Source: Candidatus Calditenuis fumarioli (GTDB lineage: Archaea; Thermoproteota; Nitrososphaeria_A; Caldarchaeales; Calditenuaceae). From it: a stretch of 24,000 nt of DNA. Numbering within the stretch: position 1 is the first letter of the stretch; every line of letters starts with the position of its first letter. Location: the NCBI GenBank assembly GCA_030059665.1, contig JANVYR010000002.1, forward strand, positions 480,617-504,616, written 5' to 3'. Position numbers and translations under genes: made by a program. Positions 14,272 to 22,255 of this stretch are shown in pieces. A model generated the notes under the pieces. It was not told the DNA's origin and did not search any database. It worked only from the letters and a program-made list of their open reading frames with translations.

Positions 14272-15687
14272 GGACCTCTCGTGCGCCCTCAGGTCGGGGT
14301 ACGTGACGCCCCTGAGCAGCAGCAGGACCGGGATGACGACCGCGAGGCCGAGCCCGAAGGAGCCGATCGCAGGCGCGAGGGGGGATGGTCCGGTCGATGG
14401 GGCGGAGAGCGAGGCCGAGATCGGGAACCACATCAGCTGAGACCCTATGCTGCCGCCGAGCACCCTCATGAACGCGAGCATTGAGGTGACGATCCCGAGC
14501 GTCTCGCGGCTTGCCAACGTCTGGGTGGCGATCAAGGTCGGAGGGACCACCATGCCCATCCCGAAGCCCAGCATCATCAGCGCCGGAACGATCAGGACCA
14601 GGCTCCCCTGAAGCGCTGCCAGGGAGAGGAGAGCCATGCTCCCCGCGAGGAGGGAGACGCCAAGCCTGATGATGCCTGCGACCTCGTGGTTGACGACGAG
14701 CCTCGAGGCTATGTTGGCGGCCACGACCCATCCGAGGGTCCCGGAGACGATGATGAGGCCTGAGGTGGTGGGGTCGAATCCGAGGCCCCACTGGAGCACC
14801 GCGGGCATCACCGAGACCGTCCCGAAGAAGACTAGCCCTCCGACGAGGTTCACGGCCATCGCGGTTCCCGTGTAGCGGTCCGTCATCGATCCGAGCGGGA
14901 TGAGCGGGTTTGGGGCGCGGCGCTCGACGAGGAGGAAGAGCGCTATCGCGGCAGCACCGAGACCCACGAGGACCGGCGTGAGCTCCGGCCAACCACCCTC
15001 GGACTCGACGAGGAGCATGAGGGCTCCGGTCCCGAGCGCGAAGAGCGCGGCGCCCTTGAAGTCGAAACCGTTGCCCTTACCCCTGATCCTCGGCATGGCT
15101 CTAAGGGCTATCGCGGCCGCGGCCATACCGGGGGCGACGCCGATCAGGAAGATCCAACGCCAGCCCACGCTCTCCGTCAACCACCCTCCGAGGAGCGGGC
15201 CCGAAGCGCTGGAGACGGCCCATACGGTCGAGGTGTAGCCCGTGACGTAGCCCCTCTCCTCCACGCGGAAGATGTCGCCGATCACGGTGAACGTGAGCAC
15301 CAGAAGCGCTCCGCCGCCGATGCCCTGCAGGACCCTGAAGGCGATGAGCGACCTCATGTCCCAGGCGAAGCCGCAGAGCAGCATGCCGACCGTGAAGGTG
15401 ATGAGGCCTGCGATGTACACGGCCTTCCGCTCGAGTACGTCCGAGAGCCTACCCCAGATCGGGCCCGAGACGGTCGAGGCCACCATGTAGAGCGCTATCG
15501 GCCAGATGTACGCCGACCTCTCCCCCAGCTCCGCGACGACGGTGGGCATCGCGACCGAGACGACGGTCGACTCTATTGAGGCCAGGAAGACCCCTGTGGA
15601 GAGGCCGATCAGCATCAGCCGCTTCCTGCCCGGCGTCAGCCCAAGCTCGACAGGCATGACCCGAGGACGCATGGGGATTAGGCGCAA
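14245..15687 (-). CDS. MFS transporter, DHA2/EmrB-QacA-like (14-TMS type)
   Basis: 480 aa, hydrophobic throughout. N-terminal signature LASIESTVVSVAMPTVVAELG, motif-A-like GRLSDVLERK, and FRVLQGIGGGAL. The start is TTG 15687 or ATG 15672/15657. Confidence 0.9.
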   Translation of the reverse strand: MRLIPMRPRVMPVELGLTPGRKRLMLIGLSTGVFLASIESTVVSVAMPTVVAELGERSAYIWPIALYMVASTVSGPIWGRLSDVLERKAVYIAGLITFTVGMLLCGFAWDMRSLIAFRVLQGIGGGALLVLTFTVIGDIFRVEERGYVTGYTSTVWAVSSASGPLLGGWLTESVGWRWIFLIGVAPGMAAAAIALRAMPRIRGKGNGFDFKGAALFALGTGALMLLVESEGGWPELTPVLVGLGAAAIALFLLVERRAPNPLIPLGSMTDRYTGTAMAVNLVGGLVFFGTVSVMPAVLQWGLGFDPTTSGLIIVSGTLGWVVAANIASRLVVNHEVAGIIRLGVSLLAGSMALLSLAALQGSLVLIVPALMMLGFGMGMVVPPTLIATQTLASRETLGIVTSMLAFMRVLGGSIGSQLMWFPISASLSAPSTGPSPLAPAIGSFGLGLAVVIPVLLLLRGVTYPDLRAHERSSLAHHGDY

Positions 15688-15703
15688 TATGAACTGCGAA
15701 CGG

Positions 15704-16369
15704 TCAAGCGCCGAGGGCCCTGAGGGCGAGTATCACCGCCAGCGCGGAGGCCGGGACCAGCACGTTGTCGTCTATCGGGCCGAACTCGAACCTCTCCACC
15801 AGGGATGAGACCAGCCCCGCGAGGGCTCCGGGTGGGCCGAGGACCGCCAGACCGAAGGGGACGCAGAAGGCCGCCATCGCGATGTTCCCCTCGATCGCCT
15901 TGGTCCTCCTTCTGTAAATGAGGTTGCGGACCACACCGGTCACCCCGTCGCCGACCGCCATGAACATGACCGGAACGACCGCGAGCCAGACGTCGTTGAC
16001 CGCGAACCCCAGGAACATGACCGCGCCCCACATCAGGATGAAGTTCACCTCGTACGCGTTCTCGGGCACCTGATACCAGTAGAGGAGCCTGCCGGTCCGG
16101 TGGGGGAGGTAGTTGCCCACCGCCAGGAGCGCGACCATGATCGCTATGGGCAGGTAGGAACGGTAGAGTAAGGGGACGAGGAGCGCTACGACGCCGCCCG
16201 CGAGGACGTGTATCAGCTTCCTGTTGAAGTAGACCGCGACCCGGTGCTCGAGGCCCCGGGCTCTCATTTCGTGGTAGGTCCATCTCGTCAGAGGGATTGC
16301 GACGAACAGGACCCAGCCGAGGAGGATCGCGGTGACAACCCACTCCGAGAGCGTTGGAGCTTCGAGCAC
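15704..16369 (-). CDS. Polyprenol/dolichol kinase-like (SEC59/VTE5, COG0170-type) integral membrane protein
   Basis: 221 aa with about 6-7 TM segments. NRKLIHVLAGG, AVGDGVTGVVRN...KAIEGNIAMAAF and PIDDNVLVP resemble the RKxxH / GDxxA...KxxEGS / DDN pattern of CTP-dependent polyprenol kinases. Family call is from memory of these motifs. Confidence 0.65.
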   Translation of the reverse strand: MLEAPTLSEWVVTAILLGWVLFVAIPLTRWTYHEMRARGLEHRVAVYFNRKLIHVLAGGVVALLVPLLYRSYLPIAIMVALLAVGNYLPHRTGRLLYWYQVPENAYEVNFILMWGAVMFLGFAVNDVWLAVVPVMFMAVGDGVTGVVRNLIYRRRTKAIEGNIAMAAFCVPFGLAVLGPPGALAGLVSSLVERFEFGPIDDNVLVPASALAVILALRALGA

Positions 16370-16686
16370 GTCGTCCTCGGTTCCGTCGTCCGAGATATGA
16401 CTTCCTGGGGAGAGGCCATCGGAGAAAATTGCGGTGGTCGGGGAGCTTGGGCGATGTCAAAAGGCAACTAAGGTAATACCATTTTTCAGCATCTGATAAG
16501 TGCTCTGAATTGAGTTGATATTGAGATTCAATCTCTCGCGCATCGAGCAGCATATATAAATCACCTATATGAATTTTGCTGAAGACGACCCCCATCATCT
16601 TAAAATAGAGGTCAAAAATTCGTCCGTGCGAAGGGGTGGCGCGGCGGGAAGCCGCGCAGAGCCCGAAAATCCCGGAATCGGGAACG

Positions 16687-16794
16687 GTGATCCCGAGAGA
16701 GGGAGTTGAAAGATCTCCGCTATCAGCGCCTGCACGTCCAGTCCCGTTTCGCTCAGTGATCCCGCGAGAGAGTCGAAAGCTGCGGAATTGAAAG
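16687..16794 (+). CRISPR. Degenerate CRISPR-like repeat pair plus a partial third repeat (possible decayed mini-array)
   Basis: R1 is GTGATCCCGAGAGAGGGAGTTGAAAG (16687-16712), followed by a 43-nt unique spacer. R2 is GTGATCCCGCGAGAGAGTCGAAAG (16756-16779), abutted by CTGCGGAATTGAAAG (16780-16794). The repeat ends (GTTGAAAG/ATTGAAAG) match the crenarchaeal 8-nt crRNA-handle type. An A/T-rich leader-like stretch lies at 16470-16620. There are only 2-3 units and no cas genes in the window. Confidence 0.3.
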
Positions 16795-16838
16795 GGAAAA
16801 GGTTGAGTTGAGGCATCAACCTGCTCACGCGACAAGGA

Positions 16839-17426
16839 ATGGAGGCCATCAGGAGGCGCGGCTCCTTCAGCAGGTCCACTAAGGAGACGGAGGTAGAGGT
16901 CTCAATAGTCCTGGACGGCACGGGGGTCGCCGACGTCTCGACGGGCCTGAGGTTCCTGGATCACATGCTGCACCTCCTCGCGCACCACACCAGGTCCGAC
17001 CTCACGGTCAGGGCCAGGTGGGACCTCGTCCACCACGGAGTCGAGGACGTGGCCATCGCGCTGGGCAGGGCCGTCGGGGAGGCGCTGGGCGACCGGAAGG
17101 GGATCAGGCGCTTCGGTCACGCGCTGGTGCCGATGGACGAGAGCCTGGCCCTCGCAGCGGTCGACCTGGTGAGGAGGGCCCACGCATCGGTTGACCTGAC
17201 GTTGTCCTCCGAGAGGATAGAGGACGTGGCGGCCGAGGACCTCCAGCACTTCGTCGAGTCTTTCGCGGTCAACATCCCGGCGGTGGTGCACGTGGAGGTG
17301 CTGAGGGGAACGAACGCCCACCACAAGGTCGAGGCCGCCTTCAAGGCCCTCGCGCTTGCCCTACGCGACGCCTGGTCCATCGAGCCCGGCTTTTCGGGCC
17401 CCAGGTCCACCAAGGGCGTCCTCTGA
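16839..17426 (+). CDS. hisB: Imidazoleglycerol-phosphate dehydratase
   Basis: 195 aa. RSTKETEVEVSIVLDGTG, TGLRFLDHMLHLLAHH, HHGVEDVAIALG, VPMDESLA and NAHHKVEAAFKALALALRDA are the conserved IGPD metal-binding blocks. Confidence 0.95.
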   Translation: MEAIRRRGSFSRSTKETEVEVSIVLDGTGVADVSTGLRFLDHMLHLLAHHTRSDLTVRARWDLVHHGVEDVAIALGRAVGEALGDRKGIRRFGHALVPMDESLALAAVDLVRRAHASVDLTLSSERIEDVAAEDLQHFVESFAVNIPAVVHVEVLRGTNAHHKVEAAFKALALALRDAWSIEPGFSGPRSTKGVL

Positions 17427-17498
17427 CAACCCGGAGCCCAACTTCACCAATAACCGGTCTATGAAACCATCTATATCCCGGAGGAGCGCGGTCCCTCC

Positions 17499-18143
17499 GT
17501 GAGGGCCCGGGAGCTCCTGGAAAGCGTGAGGAAAGAGCTCGAGCCGCTGAACGCCTCAGTTCTCAGGTGCCGCTTCCTGACGAAGGCGGAGCGCGGTGAG
17601 CTCTCGGTCGACGACCTTCGCCTCTTCGCCGAGAACCAGCTCTACATCGTCTCCCACGACGCCCGGAGCCTCTCATTGATGGCGTCCAGGGCAGGCGACC
17701 CGGAGGAGGCCGAGTACTTCGCGGAGCTGGCCCGGTCGGACCTCATGGCGCTCAGGGCCCTGAGGGAGATGGCGCTGGAGCTCGGCATTGGCCAGAAGCC
17801 CCTCCACGAGCTGAGGATCGTTCCCCACGCGGTCGACTACACCCACTTCCTCGCGTTCCTCGCGGCCCACGGCAACCCCGGCGAGCAGGCGTTCGCGCTG
17901 ATCGTGAACCTGCCTGTCTGGTCGGCCGCGTGCTCCAGGCTCCTCAACGCCGTCAGGAGCAGACACGATCTCCGGAGGACCGAATTCCTCGAGCTGTTCG
18001 CGAACGTCCCGAGCTGGGTCGAGGAGGTTGGGCTGCGCGTCTGCGAGAGGTACGTGGAGCGCCACGGCGAGAGCATGAGGTTCTTCGCGAGGCTGATACA
18101 GGAGTACGAGCTCAGCTTCTGGGAGGGGTTGGGAGGTGGCTGA
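17499..18143 (+). CDS. TenA/PqqC-like (haem-oxygenase-fold) family protein, divergent paralogue
   Basis: 214 aa from a GTG start preceded by GGAGGAG. It looks all-helical, with HAVDYTHFLAFLAAHG and YELSFWEG blocks reminiscent of the TenA/THI-4/PqqC family. It lies immediately upstream of, and overlaps, a clear tenA. Confidence 0.65.
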   Translation: MRARELLESVRKELEPLNASVLRCRFLTKAERGELSVDDLRLFAENQLYIVSHDARSLSLMASRAGDPEEAEYFAELARSDLMALRALREMALELGIGQKPLHELRIVPHAVDYTHFLAFLAAHGNPGEQAFALIVNLPVWSAACSRLLNAVRSRHDLRRTEFLELFANVPSWVEEVGLRVCERYVERHGESMRFFARLIQEYELSFWEGLGGG

Positions 18144-18846
18144 GGTGAGGAGCGGGAGGCCGAGGGAGGCCCTCTGGCGCTCGATCGATGACGTTTACCG
18201 CGCCATCCTCGCGCACCCGTTCGTGAGGGGCCTCTCGGACGGGTCTCTGCCGGAAAATCGCTTCAGGGAGTACATCGTCCAGGACGCCCTCTACCTCAGC
18301 TCCTTCTCGAGGGCCGTGGCGATCGTTGGGACGAAGGCCCCGAACGACGACAGCTCGCTCACCTTGCTGGAGAACGCGGTGGGAGCGCTGAGGGTGGAGA
18401 GGGCATCGCTCCACGAGTTCCTGATGCGGGAGTGGGGCGTGAAGCCGGAGGAGCTGAGGTCACGCGTCATGAGCCCGGTGAACCTCGCCTACACGAGCTA
18501 CCTGATCGCCGCTGCGTCCTCCGGATCCTTCGAGGAGGGCCTCGCCGCGATACTGCCGTGCTTCTGGGTCTACTACGAGGTCGGGAAAGAGCTGGTGAGG
18601 AGGGGCTCAGAGGTCCCCGTGTACCGCCGCTGGATCGAGACCTACTCCTCGCCCGAGTACGAGAGGGCCGTGATGGCCGTTGTTGGGCTCGCGGACGAGC
18701 ACCTCGCGGGGCTGACCGGAAACCGGCTCAGGGCCGTCCTGGGACACTTCAGGACGTCATCGATCTACGAGTACCTGTTCTTCGACGAGGCCTATCGGGG
18801 ATGGAGCTGGCCCTTCAGCCCGCAACCCTCCGAGTATCCTTTATAA
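18136..18846 (+). CDS. tenA: Thiaminase II / aminopyrimidine aminohydrolase TenA
   Basis: HPFVRGLSDGSLPENRFREYIVQDALYL, ILPCFWVYYEVG, YRRWIETYSSPEY and EYLFFDEAY are TenA signature blocks. The start is either GTG 18136 (overlapping the upstream stop) or GTG 18145, which is preceded by GGAGGTG at 18132-18138. Confidence 0.9.
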   Translation: MAEVRSGRPREALWRSIDDVYRAILAHPFVRGLSDGSLPENRFREYIVQDALYLSSFSRAVAIVGTKAPNDDSSLTLLENAVGALRVERASLHEFLMREWGVKPEELRSRVMSPVNLAYTSYLIAAASSGSFEEGLAAILPCFWVYYEVGKELVRRGSEVPVYRRWIETYSSPEYERAVMAVVGLADEHLAGLTGNRLRAVLGHFRTSSIYEYLFFDEAYRGWSWPFSPQPSEYPL

Positions 18847-18872
18847 CCTGAGGGCGGATTAAGGGGTGGGAC

Positions 18873-19325
18873 ATGGGGAGGAAGCGGAGGAAGATCGTCA
18901 AGCGCGCTCCGAGGAGGATCCCGAGGGTCTTCTACTGCCCGCTCTGCAACCAGCAGGCGGTGACCGTGGTGAACGTGACGGGATACAGCGCCGAGGTCTC
19001 CTGCGGAAGCTGCGGGACGTCCGTCACGGTTCCGTGGTACAGGAGCTCCCTCCCGGTCGACGCCTACTCGACCTGGTACGACGTGGTGACGGGCAGGAGG
19101 AAGCGCGAGGAGGTGGAGGCGGAGGTAGAGCGTCTCCGGCAGCTGCACGAGGGATTGGCTGAGGAGCTGGTCGAGGCGCTGGTGGGTGAGGGCGAAGGCG
19201 CCAGCGGCGAAGAGTCGTCCGAGGCCGGGGCAGAGGCTGAGGCCGAGGGGCTGGAGGGATCGGAAAGTCTTGAATTGAGCCAGCGGGAGGAACCCGAGGG
19301 AGGGGAGGATGAAGCAGGTCGTTAG
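18873..19325 (+). CDS. elf1: Transcription elongation factor Elf1 homologue (zinc ribbon) with long acidic C-terminal tail
   Basis: The basic N-terminus MGRKRRKIVKRAPRRIPRVF, then CPLCN...CGSCG (four Cys) and LPVDAYSTWYDV, parallel yeast Elf1 (PVDVYSDWFD). The last ~70 residues are E/A/G-rich and acidic. Confidence 0.88.
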   Translation: MGRKRRKIVKRAPRRIPRVFYCPLCNQQAVTVVNVTGYSAEVSCGSCGTSVTVPWYRSSLPVDAYSTWYDVVTGRRKREEVEAEVERLRQLHEGLAEELVEALVGEGEGASGEESSEAGAEAEAEGLEGSESLELSQREEPEGGEDEAGR

Positions 19326-19626
19326 GATCAAGCTCGCGTCGACGGACCTCGAGAAGCTGGAGGGGCTCTGCAGGGAGATCAAGGAGATCGCCACCAGGAC
19401 CGGTGCGAGGGTGGCGGGCCCTGTGCCGCTGCCGACGCAGAGGATGGTGCTTCCCGTCAGGAAGAGCCCGTGCGGTGAGGGCACCAAGACCTGGAGGAAG
19501 TGGGAGATGAGGGTTCACAGGAGGCTGATCGACCTGACCATCACCGACCCACGCGTCCTGAGGGAGATCATGAGGATACAGCTGCCCGAGGAGGTCGCGA
19601 TCGAGATGCGCGTCAGGACCACCTGA
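19309..19626 (+). CDS. rps10: 30S ribosomal protein S10 (uS10, NusE homologue)
   Basis: 105 aa: VRIKLASTDLEKLEGLCREIKEIATRTGARVAGPVPLPTQRMVLPVRKSPCGEGTKTWRKWEMRVHRRLIDL. This is the characteristic S10 fold sequence. It overlaps the elf1 3' end by 17 nt. Confidence 0.95.
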   Translation: MKQVVRIKLASTDLEKLEGLCREIKEIATRTGARVAGPVPLPTQRMVLPVRKSPCGEGTKTWRKWEMRVHRRLIDLTITDPRVLREIMRIQLPEEVAIEMRVRTT

Positions 19627-19690
19627 GACCGTTCCTCCTCCCCCGCGCTCGGTTCAAGTGCAACCAACCCTTTGCGTGGGCCGTGAGGTC

Positions 19691-21061
19691 ATGCTGGACG
19701 AGGAGCGCTACAGGTCGCTGACATGCGACGAGTATGAGTCGGCTGTCGGAATAGGGGCCTACTACACCCAGACCAGGGGCATCGGCGGCCTGATCAAGGT
19801 CCTCCCCGAGGACTTCGAGGTCTGGGAGGTCCTCAACGGCGGGCTCGACGCGAGGGAGCGATTCGAGCGCTGGAGGCCGCCTCCGCATCCACCCGTGAGG
19901 AACGCGCTCCTGGTGGTCAAGAAGAGGGACCGGGAGACGCTCAGGGTAGCTGCTGACCTGGCAAAGATCTTGGGAGTCCGGTTGAGGGCGGTGAAGACCT
20001 ACGGGCTCAAGGACAGGAGGGCCGTGGCCTGGCAGTTCGTCGCGGTCCCTGCGCGGAGCGTGCTGGACAGGATCGACGTTCCGATAGAGGTGAGGGGCGC
20101 ACAGGCCCTGGTGGTCGGGGAGGCCCACTCGGTCGAGACCCGGGAGCTCCTCTACAACGCGTTCAGGGTGCTGGTACGGGAGGCAGATCCCGATCAGGAG
20201 GTTCTGGAGAACTTCGTTCGCGAGGTGAACTCCAGAGGCGTCCCGAACTTCTACGGACTCCAGCGCTTCGGGGTTTCGAGGCCCATCACCCACTTGGTGG
20301 GATATCACATCGTCCGAGGTGACCTCGAGGCTGCAGCGAGGGCCTTCGTCGGCCTGCACACTCCCCACGAGCAGGAGCACGTCATCGAGTTCAGGCGCTC
20401 CTTCCTCGAATCCGGCGACTGGAGTTGGGCTGCGATGAACGCGCCCAAATCTCTCGTTTACGAGAGGGCGCTGCTCCGTCACCTCGCGTCGAACCCAGGC
20501 GACTTCGCTGGCGCCTTCAGGAGGCTACCGCTCAGGATCAGGCGGCTGCTGGTCGAGTCGTACGCATCCTACGTCTTCAACAGGGCCCTCACCGAGAACC
20601 TCCGGGACGGAGTCCCGCTCGACGAGCCCTTGGAGGGAGACCTCGTGGCCCGCGTCGACCGGTTCGGAAGGCCCGAGCGGAAGCTCTACGAGGTGAGCAG
20701 GTGGAACATCGTAGAGGCGGCGAGGCGCGTCAGGGAGGGGACGATGGCGATACTGATGCCGCACCCAGGCCACTCCGTCAGGCTCCCCCAGAACGAGCGG
20801 GGTAAAGCGATACTGAGGGCGCTCGAGCAGGACGGTCTGAGGCCGTCCTCGTTCAGGCTGAGGGACCTCCCGGAGGCCGGGTCGATGGGGGGATACAGGG
20901 CCGTGACGTTGAGGCCGCTCCGAATCTCGGCGCGGGCCGTCAAGGAAGACGGGGTCCTCGTCGAGATGGCGCTCCCGAGGGGTTCCTTCGCGACGGTAGT
21001 GCTGAGGGAGCTGATGAAGCAGAGGTGCGCGCTGGCCTACGTCGGAAAAAGGGTCCACTGA
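19691..21061 (+). CDS. truD: tRNA pseudouridine synthase TruD/Pus7 family (pseudouridine-13 synthase)
   Basis: GIGGLIKVLPEDFEVWEV, the catalytic-Asp context TYGLKDRRAV, NFYGLQRFG and GGYRAVTLRP are TruD blocks. The start is ATG 19691 (alternative GTG 19658 as in the ORF track). Confidence 0.9.
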   Translation: MLDEERYRSLTCDEYESAVGIGAYYTQTRGIGGLIKVLPEDFEVWEVLNGGLDARERFERWRPPPHPPVRNALLVVKKRDRETLRVAADLAKILGVRLRAVKTYGLKDRRAVAWQFVAVPARSVLDRIDVPIEVRGAQALVVGEAHSVETRELLYNAFRVLVREADPDQEVLENFVREVNSRGVPNFYGLQRFGVSRPITHLVGYHIVRGDLEAAARAFVGLHTPHEQEHVIEFRRSFLESGDWSWAAMNAPKSLVYERALLRHLASNPGDFAGAFRRLPLRIRRLLVESYASYVFNRALTENLRDGVPLDEPLEGDLVARVDRFGRPERKLYEVSRWNIVEAARRVREGTMAILMPHPGHSVRLPQNERGKAILRALEQDGLRPSSFRLRDLPEAGSMGGYRAVTLRPLRISARAVKEDGVLVEMALPRGSFATVVLRELMKQRCALAYVGKRVH

Positions 21062-21065
21062 GAGG

Positions 21066-22199
21066 TCAGGCCTTGGCCTCGGCGAGCCTCCGGAACCTGG
21101 GCCTCAGCTTCTCGAGTATCATCGGCAGCGTCGTGTACTCCATCTCCTCGTGCCCGAGCCTCGCGGGCTCGAACTCTCCCATCGTCCTGAGGTAGACGGC
21201 CATCTCGGCCGCGATCCTCCTGCTGTACTCGAAGAACGGGTCGTCGAAGAGGTCCGCGGGCTCCTTCCCATCGACCCCCACGAGCTTCCCCTCGGATATC
21301 TGCCAGCCCATCGCGATGACCCTCGGAGGCCCGTCGAAGAAGGTCACCACGTTCTGGCCCTTCCTGAAGGAGACGGGCATGAGCGGCCCCCTGTGGGAAC
21401 CCCTCATCCATCCGCTGACGATCGGCGGGACCGCGAAGGCGCTCAGTATCTCCCCGACCGCGGGGAACCCCGCCTGGGCCCTCACCAGCATCACCGGGTC
21501 GTCCTTACCGACGTACCTCCCGGCGATCAGGCTGAGCCTCGTGGTGCTCGCGGCCGCGGCGGGCTCGTCGTCGATGGCCCTGTAGACCTTGGAGACCGCG
21601 TACCTGCCGGGTGTTCCGAGAAGGGCGACGAGGTCGTAGAGCTCCTCCGGGACCTTGAGCGTGACCACCTCGGACTCGATCAGGTCCATCACCTCGAACT
21701 TGAAGCCCGCGTGGAGCTTCGGGTCTATCACGAGGCCAGCGGTGTTGTCCGGCGACGCGAAGATCCTGTAGAGGGGGACGTTCCACGCACCCGGCTCGGT
21801 CTTGTCGGCCGCGAAGACCACCACCGGTTCCGAAGGCCTCTCCTCGAACTCGAGCTCGGCGACACCTGGCCCGAGGCCCCTGACGTTACCGCTGAAGGCG
21901 TCGCTGAGGAGGTCCTGACCCGCACCGTACAGCTTCAACGGCTTAGCCACCCTCTCCGTGATCTCCTTGAAGGTCCTCCAGGCGAGGCCGTGGATCTCCG
22001 GGTCGTTCTCGCCGCGGGTGTGGGTCATCACAAGAACTATGTCGTCGCCGCAGTGGGTCACGTACCCGGATCCGATCAGGCCCGTCTCCTCAGCCTCGGC
22101 GATCCTCGACTGCGCGTACCTCAGCATCTCGGAGTGCGGCCTGTGGTGACCTGCGACGCTCCCGACGTCGGCCTTGATGACGGAGAGGGTCACCCTCAT
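21066..22199 (-). CDS. fbp: Bifunctional fructose-1,6-bisphosphate aldolase/phosphatase (class V FBPase)
   Basis: 377 aa. MRVTLSVIKADVGSVAGHH, VLVMTHTRGENDPEIH and YGAGQDLLSDAFSGNVRGLGPGVAELEF closely parallel the Sulfolobus/Thermoproteus enzymes. Confidence 0.95.
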   Translation of the reverse strand: MRVTLSVIKADVGSVAGHHRPHSEMLRYAQSRIAEAEETGLIGSGYVTHCGDDIVLVMTHTRGENDPEIHGLAWRTFKEITERVAKPLKLYGAGQDLLSDAFSGNVRGLGPGVAELEFEERPSEPVVVFAADKTEPGAWNVPLYRIFASPDNTAGLVIDPKLHAGFKFEVMDLIESEVVTLKVPEELYDLVALLGTPGRYAVSKVYRAIDDEPAAAASTTRLSLIAGRYVGKDDPVMLVRAQAGFPAVGEILSAFAVPPIVSGWMRGSHRGPLMPVSFRKGQNVVTFFDGPPRVIAMGWQISEGKLVGVDGKEPADLFDDPFFEYSRRIAAEMAVYLRTMGEFEPARLGHEEMEYTTLPMILEKLRPRFRRLAEAKA

Positions 22200-22224
22200 G
22201 ACGCCAGGAAACTATAACGGCGGG

Positions 22225-22230
22225 TAAAAT
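22225..22230 (-). promoter_or_regulatory. TATA-like ATTTTA at -31 to -26 of the fbp ATG
   Basis: Reverse strand ...GCATTTTACCCGCCGTTATAGTTTCCTGGCGTC ATG. The spacing is consistent with a leaderless fbp mRNA. Confidence 0.35.
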
Positions 22231-22255
22231 GCATACCGCCGCATACCGCGACGAA

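Noticed and set aside
16687-16791. 34-codon ORF (VIPREGVERSPLSAPARPVPFRSVIPRESRKLRN) running through the CRISPR-like repeats, and the SD-like GGTGATCC motifs
   Set aside because: The frame exists only because repeat plus spacer equals 69 nt. There is no supporting start context or conservation evidence, and the repeat structure is the more economical explanation.
15678-16835. 385-aa minus-strand ORF spanning the kinase-like gene and the hisB upstream spacer
   Set aside because: It overlaps the whole 221-aa membrane-protein gene in another frame, and that portion translates to R/G/P-rich nonsense. The spacer part alone has no start/stop structure of its own and no recognisable motif.
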